From NCBI RefSeq assembly GCF_000143415.4, contig NW_003314276.1, positions 1,075,434 through 1,139,433 of the forward strand: a stretch of DNA of 64,000 nt, written 5' to 3'. The notes beneath the pieces were generated by a model that saw nothing but the letters and a program-made list of their open reading frames with translations, searched no databases and was not told where the DNA came from. This stretch comes from Selaginella moellendorffii. Taxonomy: Eukaryota; Plantae; Lycopodiophyta. Numbering within the stretch: position 1 is the stretch's first letter; every line of letters begins with the position of its first letter. Positions 48,050 through 62,017 of this stretch are shown here, piece by piece. A program made the position numbers and the translations under genes.

Positions 48050-50118
48050 CGCTCCCAAGCTCGATTCTTCCTCCCGATCGATCGATGAGGTGCTACGATC
48101 GCACGCGAGAATCGCGTGGAAATTGGGTGCTCTGTTCTTCCCCTTGTGTGGCGGCGAATTTCCGGTCCCCGCGTAATGCACGTCAATGTAGCTCTCGCTC
48201 TCACAATCGCGAGCGCTGCGATCGCTCACGCCGCCCTGGCCGCCACCACCGACACGAAATGTGAGCTAATGCAGCATCGCCGGGGCCCAAATCCGCACTT
48301 GGGCGCTGCCAATTCGCCCCGAAATCGATCGAATTCTCGCGCTTCCTGCTCGTGGGCCGTCGCGGCGCGAGCGTTTCTGCCCAGCCAAGACGAAGATTTT
48401 CCCTCGACTGGGAGCAAAGGAAAAAGCAAACGCCTCGCGGCTCGCGAGAGAGTGGAGTGAAAAAAATCGGCTAAAAACTAGGCTTTGCTTCTCTCCACAA
48501 TGAGGGAAGACCAAAGAGTAGAGGCGGCCCCCTTAGAGGCACAGCCTCTTTGGACCGCGCCAGGCGCATCCGACGGTCAAGGCGACGACACGTCGCTGGC
48601 CAAAGCAAAGGAGAAGATTCTCGCGCCTGCTGTCGTGGCGCCCGGCTATTGCGTCTCTCCCGGCTTCTCCGATGCCCGGCAACTTCGCAAGCCATAGCAT
48701 GATCGAATCGGAGGGGCACGGGATTCCCACGTGGACGAATCGCGTGCGATGATGACGTGGTGTGCTGTCATCCCCGTGGCGGCGGGGGTTTGGTGAGGCA
48801 ATGCTGCCGTGGCTTGCCACGACGGACGTTGATGTGGACGTGGCCAAGGTTATAAAGTCCAAGCTGGCGCGTGGACTGACTGGACTAGCGTTGACTCTCT
48901 ACTTTTCATGTTTACTTCGAAGCTTCATGTCATAGCTTCCTTTTGCCGACTTTGAATGGTCGTATCACTATGAAGCTGCAGTGTAGCTTCATCGTGGAAG
49001 CTTTTTTTCTTGTGGGAAAAGAAAATACATTTCCCCAATCCTTGTGTATGTGAATCTCCACAAGCCGTCGTAGAAGATCCTACTTACAAGTTACATGCTT
49101 TTCCACGTCTCTCGTGTCTCCAAACTACGACAACGCACACACACACCTTTGTAGATAGATAAATAGATAACTGTTTATGAAGGTCATGGAGATAAAAACG
49201 AAAGAAAACAAGAGTAAAACGATGGCTTTGAATTTTACCCATCGCACAAAAAAATAAAGATTTGATCACATCGACTCCTCTCTCTCTCTGTGCTTGATTG
49301 ATGTCAAGCAAGGATAGAAAGCGGCAATTTGTGCAAAGTTTAGACACGCAAGGATGATCGTTAGGTGTGTGACCACAAGGGATTCGCATTTCTTCTTTCT
49401 TTTATCTCGGCGGCCATGTCATTACGGAAATCCATGGGTGACACGGCACGACGACCACGGCAGCCAATCCCCGCCCTTGGCGCCTTTTACACGACACGTA
49501 TTCCAGAGTTGACCCGGAAGCTACGAGGTCAGCCACGGTCAACCCCGCGTTCTAAGGAGCTTTCTAGGGCTGGCTTCGCCAAACAAACTACCACAAGTGA
49601 GGATTCATCTGGGTTTGGTAACGCTCTGGTTTAACAAGAAAAAGCTTTTGCTTTGTTGGTGAACTAACGGACAGCACAGGTTTGGTCGTCTATAACACTT
49701 GGCATTTTAAAAGGTCCACGTATATAACCAAAGGTATATTCGTATACTGTAGAAAGGAAGGGAATAAATCTAAATAATAAACTAGATTGCAACCAAGGAT
49801 AAGATCAACAACGTGTTACTTATATCCTCCATGCAAAGCAAAGGAACAAAAAAAGAGACTGTGGTGGAGGAATTGGGGGTCCAGTGTGACATCACAAATC
49901 ACGCCAACAATTGGCAATTTGGCGGGCGGATTTTAAGTGGAACTCTCTTCTGTGACTATGCTCTTCTGCATCTATCTATCTTTCTTTCTTTCTTTTTCTC
50001 ACTCTCACTCATTCATGCATTTATTAGTATAATTTACAATAATAGCTGGGTAGATTGTTCCACAGGAAAATTTATTATTGATATAGAATAGTGTTTTTTG
50101 GAATTTTTTTTTGGATTT

Positions 50119-51015
50119 TTAGAGAGGTGGCGCCCTCTGAGGTAAACCTTTTCGTCGGCTGGGATTCCTTCTGTCAATGTTTGCGATAATGGGTGGAGGC
50201 GTTGGAGGCGACAAGCCGAGCAGTGTGGAGTCTGGAATTTTAGCGGCATTGATCCTGCTGCTGCTGCTGCTGCTGTCGGTGGCACTGGCACCATCAACTT
50301 TGCGATGATCCATGAAATCCTCGTATGCTTCGTGATCCAGTTGCTGTTGCTGTTGTTCTTGGTGTTGCTTTGGTTGTTGCTTGTTGCCACCATTCTTGTC
50401 TCGCTTGGGTTCCCGAGGCACGAATTTCTCGTTGAGATGGGTGATCCCCGCAAGCTAATCACAAATCCATGGCAAGCATTACGGAGAGCAAAGAAAGGAA
50501 GGCGAACCTTGCAAGCCAGGGAGCAAAAGCGGTAGCTTTGTGGCAGGCTCCGCTCGCAGATCTCGCAAGTCTTGAGCGATGGTTTCACGGGCTTGATCTG
50601 CGGCCTGTGGTGGAGAAACACGACGCGGGCGCTGTTGATCACGTAGGTTTGGACGCCGGTGATGTCCAGCACCTTGTGGATCTCCGAAACTCTAATCACA
50701 TTGTGGTAGGACGAGCGTCTGATCTGGAAACAATGATCCAAAGTTATAGCTAGAAAAATTAAAACCAATTTTCTATGATGGTGATGATTTGATCAAAACG
50801 TGATCATCACCCACCATGATATAACTTGCCTGGAGCATACGGTGATTTCGATGGTCAATCGTGCACGGGCAGCAAATTGCCTGGCCGGGGCAATCCAGGC
50901 AGTAGAGATTGCACTCGTTGCGGCTCAAATGTGGGTGCTTTTGGCACGAGTGGAAGAAATTGGTGTGGAGGAGTGGCTTGAGCCATCGCAGGGGATCATC
51001 GCAATTCCGGGACAT
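50119..51015 (-). CDS. PLATZ transcription factor (second tandem copy), 3 coding exons
   Basis: [32 protein letters not shown] and [10 protein letters not shown]. First coding intron 50724-50829 is GC-AG. Confidence 0.9.
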
Positions 51016-52491
51016 CCCAATTGTTTCTAAATCAAGCAATCGATCGATCGAATCTCCTACAATGGCCACATTGTCACCTAGATCGCAGCGAGATTGGCGC
51101 ATACCTTTCAAGTCTCTGCTCGATCAATCAATGTGGATCGGAGGATCGAAGAAAACGAAGTCGCCTGAGTGTGAGAGCGCGCTCCTCTCTGCTCGATCGT
51201 GCAATGTGGGGAGGAATTGGAGTGGCGATTTTGGGGAATTAGGTGAAGTGGGGGTGTCAAGAGTGGAGAATTAGGCGAAACCAACCATCGCCATCCCCGC
51301 GATTTACCCTTCGTGCGACTGCGGCAAAATGTAGGAAGCTACCGCACCCGAAAATTCCATACCGCGATCGATCACTCACGATTTCGCGCGCCGAGGGAGA
51401 GTTCTAGTGCGGCGATAAAACCATGACGATTCCTGGCAAATCTAGGGCGCAAAAGAAGAGAAAGCCGTGGCTGCTACCGCCTCCTCCATCATTGGTGAGG
51501 AACGAGAGCACTGAGGAAGAGGGAGACGTACGGAATGTGACCGGCTGGAGCCGGTTTGCCCGCGGGAGAGATTCTCCATTTTCATGCCACGTCATGAGCT
51601 TTATGGACGGCGGCGGACCAGGTACTCTTTTGGCCGTGGGGCTGACGTGGCAAAAGCGACCCAAATAATTGGCCAGTGGAGGACCCTTTCAAAGTTATGA
51701 ATTTGGGATTACAAGGCTTTAGAGGAAGAGAACTGGACGAGGTCTTTTCTCTTTGATTGTTTGACCCAAAGACAAATTTTTTTTAAAAAAAATTTAATTT
51801 TTTTTTTTTTTGTTTTTTGTTTTGGCGCTGAGAGATTGAGTGCTTGGTTCGTGCTGCTGGTCCCCCCGAAAGATTGGGCCTTTCCCCTTTTTTTAATTTG
51901 GCGAGAGAGCAAATGCGGTGTCGTAGCTATCAAAGCCAAAACGAACGAGAACAAAATTGGAAAAGCCGAGCGTACTACATTAGATTGCGAGCTAAACTAC
52001 ACGCAAGAACGACGAGCCATCCAATTCCAGGCTCCAAAAGTGGCAAAGGATCGCATATAGATATAATACTTTGGGGAAGTGGAAGCTCCTAGCCCCCTTG
52101 GGCTGGAAATCTGGAAAGGGAGAATCTCTAGAGAGGAGCTAAAGCTGTGAGAAGCCTTTGCACGTACGGGAAAGAAGAATTGGAGGCTGGGAGATGAGCT
52201 AGGTATCGCTATTGCAAACATGACTCACTCTGATCATGAGCAGCGATCAAGAGCCACATTGTGGAGTTCTCATTCCATCTCCAATTCGTCACAGCAAATG
52301 GTTTGGGACCAGATTACCATAAGCTTGGTCGATTCCCTGGCAATCTGCCCTTAAGCCATGGATCATCGGTGTTGGAGATGAAAGGTTTGCTCTTTGACAC
52401 GTGGCAGACACGTAAGCGCCACGTAGGCAATAAAAGTTTTTAGGGCTTTGGCCGTCATGAGCCCTAATCCAGGGAGAGGGGAGAGCGCGCG

Positions 52492-53059
52492 ATGGCGGAT
52501 CGCAACTACACTGTCCGCACGCGCAAGTTCATGACGAATCGTCTCCTCCTTCGCAGGCAATTTGTAAGTGCCGATCGTCAGTTTTTCGAGCTGATTTAAC
52601 ACGGTTGAGCAGGTCGTGGAGGTTCTTCATCCGGGGCGAGCCAATGTTTCCAAGGTGGGATGGATTTGTAGATTGTTTTCGAGCCTAGGCTAAGAGAATG
52701 TGGGTTGTGGATCGGTCGGACAGGCTGAGCTCCGGGAGAAGCTGGCCAAGGTTTACGAGGTCCGTGATCCCCAGGCGGTGTTCGTGTTTGGGATGAGAAC
52801 CAAGTTTGGCGGCGGAAAGTCGTCGGGATTCGGTCTCATCTACGACTCGGTCGAGGCTGCCAAGAAGTTCGAGCCCAAGTATCGGCTTGTCAGGGTGAGT
52901 GAAGTGAGCTCATGGTTTCTCGACTTGCGCTCTAACTCTGGAAGCTTTTCCCCTTGCATCTTTTGCAGAACGGACTTGCAACCAGGGAGCAGAAGTCGAG
53001 GAAGCAGCTCAAGGAGAGGAAGAACAGGGCCAAGAAGATCCGCGGAGTGAAGAAGGTCT

Positions 53060-53095
<36 letters not shown>

Positions 53096-53165
53096 GATGT
53101 GCTTGCTTGCTCCCATTCAGGTCAAGGCTTCTGGAGAGGCTCAAAAGGCAGGAAAGAAGAAGTGA
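52492..53165 (+). CDS. RPS24: 40S ribosomal protein S24 (eS24), 5 exons
   Basis: [45 protein letters not shown] and [18 protein letters not shown]. Confidence 0.97.
53061..53091 (+). repeat. (CT)n microsatellite in the last RPS24 intron
   Basis: Direct read. Confidence 0.95.
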
Positions 53166-53710
53166 TGTGATTTCCAGGTAGTTTTCTTGAAATTAACCGG
53201 GCTTAGCGCGAGGCTTTCTAAGTCAAAAGAAGAAGTGTCGAGATCAAATGTATTTTCTCTCTCTCGCTTTCTTTCCAAGCGTCAAGCGTCTCGTGGTGTG
53301 TATTTACTTTCCAAGCGTCAAGCGGCTCATGGTCTATGAGTTTTTCGCTGCGTCAAAGGTTATGGATACAAGAGCGGAGATAATTCGTGAAGAACTTCAA
53401 GGTTGAAAAGATTTGGATCCAAAGAAGCAAGACCACCTTTTCTTTGTGTGATCGTGTCTTTCGACTGTCGTGACAATGTATAACATGCGACAACAAAGAG
53501 GAAAGCAATTCTGACAGTGATTTCAATAGGATTTTAGAGAAACCTGCCGGGAGAATGTTCCTGAAAGTTTACATTGAAAATATCTTAATCGATTTCGGAC
53601 CATAGGTTTTTATAGAAAGGTGGGATGGATAGATTTAGCACCAAGCCTTTGTATAAATCCTGAGAAATTCTAAACGTAAAACATCTTTCATTTGATCAAT
53701 CAATTTTCTA

Positions 53711-54289
53711 ATGGCAACTTCAGTGGTGTCTTCCTTGGTATTTTTCTCCTTGTTGGCTCAAGTTTCTGTGGGTTTGCTGGTACAGTACGGTTCCACCACG
53801 GTCGGGAATGGCAATTTCATCCCCTTGAGCAGTACTGACGCGGCCCCCACTGTTGATATCCAAGGATTTGGGAAGAATGGCACTGCTCGTCTTTTCTCGG
53901 TGGTCATGGCGGATCAAAAGGCACTGGTAGCACCAAACAAAGTTTACCCCTACATCAACTTCTGGATCGCAAACATCCCAGCGGGTAGCACTGGTAAGTG
54001 TAGAACAAGACTAAGACAAATCTATTGATCATGGCTTGGCTTTGCAGGAGCTGTGAAGAGCAGCATTTTGGAGCCTTATGTTGCTCCTTCCAATACCAGC
54101 AAGAACATCCCATACCAAAATCCATTCAGTGCAAAGAACCATACTTACGATTTTGTGCTAGTCCCGCAGAGGAATCCCTTGGTGAAGCCCATGGATAGTC
54201 GAATTGTCAACTCGCTGGCGGATATAATTCAGCAGTACCATTGTGGAAGCCCTCTCCAGACTGTCTCCTTCACCACCTCGCTCGCTTGA
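53711..54289 (+). CDS. Divergent PEBP-family (FT/TFL1/MFT-fold) protein with N-terminal signal peptide, 2 exons, 174 aa
   Basis: Intron 53994-54047 (GT-AG, phase 1) joins the two ORFs. The product aligns along FT: L.V.YG...V.NG, P.V.I.G, VM.D, IPA, Y..PS, H...F.L..Q, Y..G.P. Confidence 0.75.
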
Positions 54290-54910
54290 TGTCATTCACT
54301 AAAAAGTTGATATTTATCAACTTAACTTAATGAAATATAATACTTTTCTGTTATATAGATCGATCAAAGAATTAAAACGTGTTCTTCAGTCTCCTGCGAT
54401 TATGTTGATCATGAAAGATGAATCATGAAGCAAACATCCAGCTTCAAACTTCCAAAAATGGGCGTGGTGCGATGTTCTTGTTGATCACAGCGCGCATTCC
54501 ATGAGTTGCAATCATGCACAAGGTTTCGATGCGTGTGCTCCTTGAATCAGGCATGCATGATACGACTGATCCGCCAGTAAGTGTGAAATTTGTCTCCCTC
54601 GACACTTTGTATCACTTGAAATGTCCATGGATTCCAAATTCACACCTCTTGCTGACCACCTGTTTTTTATGCTCGTACCTTCGCAAAACAACATAGCAAT
54701 AGTTCAAGAAAAACAAATGAAAGAAAAAGGACATAGACGTACCGCATACGAGAAGGGACTACGTCCATCCAATTCCAGGCTCCAAATGTTGCCATTCTTG
54801 TCGAGAATTCTATGGCCCGGCCCAGGAGAGACTCTTCCCGTTTAGCCTACAGCTCCTCGTAGTATATACACGCGTTACGTAAAAAGAGGAATGGAGCGAG
54901 AGAATGCCTA

Positions 54911-57900
54911 TTATGCAGGTGCCCTGGACCTTGCGCGATTGATAGCTTGCCTGTAAAGCTCGATGTACTGATCAGCGGAGGAGTCCCAGCTAAAGTCTAG
55001 CCGCATTGTCTTCTTCACAAGCTGTTGCCACCACCCGGGCTTTTCCAAGTAGTACTTGATTGCACGATCTAGTGCGTAGTTCAATCCCTGCGATGCAAAC
55101 AATGGTTTATGGAAAAAATATTTCAGAAAACAGCTAGTTGTACCTGAATTTCGGCCGCCGAGAAGCTAAATCCATTGCGTTTTTCTTCCGGAATCGTCGT
55201 GTCATCGACGTCAAAGACACTGCACAGCACGTAGGACAGCGTCAAGCAGCTCGTCATCATGCATTTGAAGGAGAAAAGAACAAAGAGAAAAGAAAGACCT
55301 GTCATTTAGACCGCCTGTTCTACGTACTACTGGGATGGACCCATATCTCATGGCAATCATCTGCGCGACAAGGAAAGGATCTTCTTAGTTTGACAAGTGA
55401 GAATAGCTACTTGCCTGAGTCAGTCCACATGGTTCAAACACCGATGGAATGACGAAAATGTCCGAAGCCGCGTAGATTGAATGTGCCAAAGGCTCGTCGT
55501 ACTTTAGCAACAACCGCACATCCGAATGGCCTTCAAACTTGTAAGAAAGTTCTTCAAATTCACGCTGTAGTTAAGTAAAATGTCAGGAACTGAAAAGATG
55601 AAAAGAAAGTCACTCGAACGCACCTGAATTTCAGGAACAGGACTAGACCCCAGCAGAACAAATTGTCCACCTTTTTCTGCAGTGTGATATATTGCATGTC
55701 TTATCAAATGTACGCCTTTCTGGGGTACAAGCCTAGTGATGCATCCTATCTGAAATCCTGGTCTTAAAATCTCACAAAACAAGAATAGAAAAAAACTTAC
55801 CAAGGGCCGTTTTTTGTCGACATTTAGTCTCAATTGAGATTGAAGAGAAGCCTTGTTGGCTGCTTTGCCACTCAAATCTTCTGCACTGTATTGGTGCTGC
55901 AGTATAGGATCATATGAAGGATCCCAGGCTTCAACATCAATTCCATTCAAAATTCCATAGAACTTGTTTGAATGTACAGAGAGTGCGACTTGCAGTCCTC
56001 GGCCGGCCTGCACAACAAAGTCGTCAAGTCAAGTCATACGTAGTGATTAATTCTATTCTCAGTGAGTCAGATGTGTACCTCCGGCGCTCTGACTTCTTGA
56101 GCATAAGTTGGAGAAACGGTCGTGACAATGTTTGAGAAAACGATACCTCCCTGAGAATAAAACATGAGAAAAACAGGAGGACTGTAAAAATACCACCTTC
56201 AACAGGTTCACTCTATCATGCATGAAACTGTCCTGCATTCGATCCTGTCTGAATTGCTGCTGCACGTTCAAGCCAAAGGCAGCCAAAGCTGCAGGAGATT
56301 CCGTGCCTTGATACTCAAAATTGTGGCATGTGAATGCCAACCGAGCTGAATTCAATCCTAAAGGAACATAAATGTCCCAATATAATGGTGCCTGAAATGT
56401 GAAGTTAGTCCGAAACCAAGTTACATAAGAGTAAAATACATACTACTGCTGCAGAAGTCCAGTCATGGCTGTGGATTATGTCAGGCCTTTTGTTGCTTTG
56501 CAGAAGAAACTCTAAAGCAGCACGGCAGAAATACGTAAACCTCCTAAAGTCGTCTCTTTCACCATAGACGGTGCGCCTCGTGAAGAAATTTGCCGGATGA
56601 AAGGGCTCAATAAAATAAACAGGGAGACCTGCAAGCGCAAATTGCTCAAGCGTAACAAGTATGACGAGATTCTGGTCACCTTCAACAGTGCCCAGCCAAA
56701 CTTTGTTTTTGAAAGTTTGGTTGTCGAAAAACGATAAAAGCTCCATATCTAGAACCTATCAAGTAGAGATGGCTGAGGGACCGGTAGAAAAAATCAATAC
56801 CTTCAAGTTTTTTATGCGATCGTAATCCATGCAGTCGTATTTGGGAAGGATGATCTCAACCAAGTGGTCTTTCCTTTGCAAGGATCGGCTTAAACCAGTC
56901 ACAACATCCCCCAGGCCACCAACCTGGTAATATCAAGATATCCATCAGACGCTTATACAACCACAATTTTACCTTCGCAACTGGTGCCATTTCTGCTGCG
57001 ATGTGAACAACGTACAGTCCCGGTCTGTGAGTGAAGAATGCAAGAATGAAAAGGAAGCACTCTCATTCCAGACACTAACCTCTTTCGATCGTTGACAAGC
57101 TTCAAGAGACCAGACATGATCTCCTCGTTGCTCTTTTCCTGCAGCTGGACAAATGCATCTCGAAGTCGTGCATCTCTGCGCCATGCCATTAGCCTTAGTT
57201 CCTCGCCATCCTCAACAGTGATAACTTTGTCCAGCATCCACGCATCTATACGAAGATGTATACCCGTCCAGAAATCCCATGGCATTTCTCCTGCTGGAAC
57301 CTGTAATATCCCCGACTTCTTTTCTGATTTCAGACGCTCAAGCCTGGCCTGAAAGCCTTCCACCTCCGCTTGATAAGTTTGCAGCTGTGTTCGTATTTCG
57401 GCATCCGATTCCAGTAGCCGGTGCTGTAACAGCTGAACCTGTTCCTTGAGAGCTTTCTTGTCAGCTTGAGCGTGTTCTAGAAGTATTTTCTGACTCTCGG
57501 CCTGAGCCAATTGCACTAGCAGCTTCTTGACCTGTTCTTGTAGCATGCGGTTCTCCAAAAGTAGCCTATCGTTTGTGCTTCCAACAGCTTCCGAGCCAGT
57601 CGTCGTAGGAGAAAGCTTTTGCTCGGACAGTTTGAATGCTTCTGTAGCTGATAGCTCGGCAACTTGAAGCTCCATTTGCAGCTTACGAATATTTTCCTTG
57701 AGTGTATCGTTTTCAGCCTTTGCGTTCTCGAGGTCCGTAAGGGACACCGTGTTCTCTTCCAGCCTCGACTCTAACGACTGGAGCCTGTCTTGAAGCTCTG
57801 TTTTATCAGTTCGTAGTTGTTTCAGCAGCTCATCCTTGCTTCTCAGATCGGCAAGACTTGATTTCAGTGATTCCACCTCCTCCTCAAATTTAGTACCTTT

Positions 57901-58830
57901 GATACTAGAGCTTTTGGTTGTCAGGGCCTGTTGTTGCGAGTCCTCTTTCTCCTTCAGCTTCTTTTGCAGGATTTGCACCTCGTCCTGGAGCATTTCATTC
58001 TTTAATTTCTCTTGCTCGGCCAGCTTTATCTTTGCACTTGACTCGGCCAGCCTCGTCCGCAACACCTCTACTTCTGCTCGCAAGCTATCCTTCTCCCGGC
58101 GAGATTCCTGGAGGTCTTTGAGCGCTCGAGCTCGGACCTGGTTCAAGAGTAGAATATCTTCAACCAGAACATTTCAATCAGGACGTGAACACGATCGAAA
58201 ACTCAAGGCCTGGGCTATGGTTAAGGACAGTACCCACTTTTTTCGGCTTCTCTGATCATTAGCAGCAGGTCTTCAATGCTAACACTGAAGGACCGCTTCT
58301 CTTCCACGTCCAGACTTTCCTCAGTCTATACAAAAAGAAGGAAGAAAAGAACGTATGAGAAAGTTGGTATTTCAAACTGCTGCTATGGAGAACCTTGGAG
58401 TCCTTCGATGGAAAGAATGGACCGTTTGCCAGCATTTGGACATTCTTCTCTCCCTCGGAGCCCTCATCTCTCGCCTCTTCCGATGGAAAATCCTCGGCAT
58501 CAACCGCGAGACGCTCTCGAGCGCTCTTCTCCGCTTGTAATCTTTTCCTGCGAGGTAGCGAGTCAGAGAAGAGAAAGAAGAAAAGCGAGAAAGAAGGCTC
58601 TACAAGGATTTCGATGGATAATACCTTAGATTCTTGTGGCGCAGCCGGCAGGACGTGAAAACGAGCCTCGGGCATGGATTGCAATGGCCGATCCAGGAGT
58701 CGCCGTGCAGCTTCCTCAAGCTGGCGATGGAGCTGAGCGATCGCGCCGCCGCGACGGTAATCATCCCCCCGGTGGTGAGCGCCATCTCTGTGCTCATCCA
58801 GCGAGAATTTGGGGCGGCATTGGCGATCAT
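54911..58830 (-). CDS. SS4: Starch synthase 4, chloroplastic, multi-exon
   Basis: Transit-like N-terminus, long coiled coil, [56 protein letters not shown] and DFSWDSSA. Confidence 0.93.
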
Positions 58831-59047
58831 CGCCCCGCCTCCGCCATAGCCACAGCGAGCCAACCACAGAGTCACGCTTAGGGATTTCGATAAAAAAGAA
58901 TCGCTAAACTATACCGTACTACAATAGTCACAGCATTCCGTACAATGGAAGTTTGTGAAATACTAAAACACTGTTCTTTCAGCATCATCATCATCATCAT
59001 CCTATAGACAAGGTGGTGTTTTTGTGATGGTACAAAAGCATCAATTT

Positions 59048-62017
59048 TTACATGCTCGCGGCTCTTTCGAGCTCCAATTCTTCCTCCGCCTGAGAAGAGA
59101 TTTCCAAAAGAGAATGAGGACGATCGGAAGTAGCAAACTCTAGAATGCTTTACCTGTGTCTCCAAGTATCGCACAAACGCGCCGTCTCCACGCAAGATCT
59201 TGGCACCCGAGCCGCTGTTCTCGGGAGTTCCTACTGATGCTTCGTCGATCACCACGGCGTCAATGCGCTCAATCGCGCTCTGGGACTCCGGGATCTGGAG
59301 AATAGCTAAAAAGTGAGGAGCAGAGAAAAGAGAGAACGTTAAACGCACCTCAAACATGGCATCGGTGAGGATCTGTTCCATGAGGGAACGTAGGCCACGA
59401 GCACCTGTGTTCTTGGCCATTGCTTTCTGAGCAATCTTTCGCAGTGCACCATCCGTGTAATGTAGTCGCGCCTGAAAGAAGAATCCATCACCGTGTAGAG
59501 AAGTTTTGCAAAGAAAGCACGGTGTACTTACGTTGTTCATTGCAAACATTTTCTTATACTGCTTCCCAAGAGCGTTCTTCGGCTCCACTAGAACCTGAAA
59601 AGCAAGGCCGTCCGTCAGAACTTGTTTTCTGTTGTAGAAGTCAAGTTACCTGCACAAGCTCGTCTTCTGACAACGCTGCGAGACTTACAAGAACAGGAAA
59701 CCTCCCAACGAATTCCGGAATTAATCCGTATGCTATAAGATCGCTACTCTCAACCTGTGTAGAGCACCGGTCAGATTGCGTAAGAACGTTAGTTTAGCAC
59801 CTTCTCAAGAAGTGACGATGTTACAGCCGCACTAGAAGGGCCACCAGCCCTCATATTTGCTCGGACAGGTGCTCCAAAACCTATCGACGAGTCCTGTCTC
59901 CTGAAAACAATCTCATTGTGAGCCGATGTTCAAGTTTTCGAAAGATAAACCTCTCAGAAACTGTCTTTTCCAGATCAACGAAAGCTCCTCCACATATGAA
60001 CAAAATATCTTTCGTATCCACCTAAAAACAAGACAGATTGTAACGGTTATTCACTCAAAAATAGACGACCGCACTTGCCTGGATATGATCCCCGCGAGGA
60101 TGCTTTCTAGCACCTTTCTCGGGTACATTGACAATCTGCAGGATAATCACACTAAGCTGGCAGTGGAACAGCAGAACTAACCGTTCCTTCAAGCATCTTC
60201 AACAGAGCTTGCTGAACGCCTTCGCCGGAAACGTCCCTACTTATGTTGAGACTCTCCGCCTGTGACGACAAAAGGAAAAAAATTTGTCAAAACCAAATTT
60301 GACCGGGCAGAAAAGCAGTACCTTTTTCGTTATTTTATCAACTTCATCGATATATACAATGCCCTGCTGAGCTGCTGGAACATTAAATTCCGCAGCCTGG
60401 TAGAAAAAAGAAACCAACATCTGAAGCTACAAGAAATAAAAAGTAATGTACCATCAAAAGTTTGTAGAGAATCGACTCCACATCCTCCCCGACATATCCT
60501 GCCTGCACACAGAATTATTATTTCACGAACCGGGAGAGAAAAAAAAGTCCACACCTGCGTTAGAGTGGTTGCGTCCGCAATAACAAAAGGAACATTTACA
60601 AATCGTGCAAGGGTCTTAGCCAACAGCGTTTTTCCTGATCACGACAAAGAGAGGGGTGATCAAGTTACCAAACAATTTAGCAAGAACACTCAACCTCACC
60701 TGATCCTGTAGGACCCATGAGAAGAACGTTGCTCTTCTCAAGCTCCACATCGCTGTCATCTCCTTCATCGTCGCTGCCAACAAGTTGGTCCAGTCAGTGC
60801 TCAGAGGATCACAATCATGAAAGAAAAAGCAAAAAACGGAAAAGAAAAAAGAAAGAAAAACAAAAATCAAACAAATATCTACCCTTCAGACTTGTAGTTA
60901 TTCTTCTTCGTCGTCTCGTAGTAAATCCGCTTGTAGTGATTGTATACTGCAACCGAGAGCACCTACAAATACAAAAACCAACGCAGCCATTAGCGACGTC
61001 TCGAAGCGGCCGAAACAATAAATAAGAAAGATCTCAATAGCTCACCTTCTTGGCACGTCCCTGGCCGATGACATACTTGTCAAGAGCATCACAAATCTCC
61101 TTCGGCGTGGGTAATTCCTTACCCAAGTTCGAGCCACCCCAAGTGTCCTTCACACCGTACGAACCACTCCCTCCAGATCCTCCTCCCGATCCAAGCTGCG
61201 CTCTCACCAAGTTGGTATTGGGAGGATACGGCGGGCACGGTGGCTGAGACATCGCTACCACCGGAGGCAAATTCACTCCAGCGCCCTGCTGCCAATGCTG
61301 TGGATTGTCTCCATACCTCCTCGACCCTTCACCACTTGCTCTATCAAAATCAAACGGTCCTCCTCCAGTAGCCTGGCTCTCACTTAGAACCAAAGACTTG
61401 CCCCGCCTCGGGAACTTGTTCTCCAGATCCTTGAGTACGTAGCATGGCACCGGGAGCGACCAGTATGCTCCACAGTTCGGGCAGCAGCACATAGACTCGG
61501 CCACTTTGGACGAATCCTTGCCGGTTCCTCCTCCCTGTTGCAAGCTGCCCGATATAAACACCGGCAAGCTCGACGTAAAAGTGAGCGTCAAACCGGTCAG
61601 GCAAGTCGGGCACCGAGAAGAGGCCCTGAAGCTCCAACACCGCTCGCCCTCCTGCTCGACCAGCGAATTTTGCCTCTTCTTATCCACAGCATCGCTGACA
61701 GGAGTGGAGGATGGCGGCGATGGGGGTGTCACCGTTTTCTTCCTGCCTCCTTTGGGCAATCCCATGGCGCCCCCGGGATTTAACTCGTCGCCCTTGTGCG
61801 TCGTCGATACCGCGGGAGTGGTGTGGAGCCAGGCTGAATTGGAGAGCCCGAATGGATTGCCGAAGAGCGCCGGGCTCGCGGCGGCATTGCATGATACGGA
61901 TTGATAGGCGCCCGATTCTCGAGAAATGCTGGCATCGGGTCTCGAGACGTACACCAGAGCGAACCTGGCGGCCGCAATATCGCTCAGCTTCCTCCACCGC
62001 GTCAGAGATCCCGCCAT
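59048..62017 (-). CDS. CLPX: ClpX AAA+ subunit, probably mitochondrial, multi-exon
   Basis: [67 protein letters not shown] and TGARGLR. Ends [13 protein letters not shown]. Confidence 0.95.

Noticed and set aside
48970-48992. Hairpin ATGAAGCTGCAGTGTAGCTTCAT with a miR167-like start
   Set aside because: The stem is too short for a plant pre-miRNA and the match covers only the first 9 nt.
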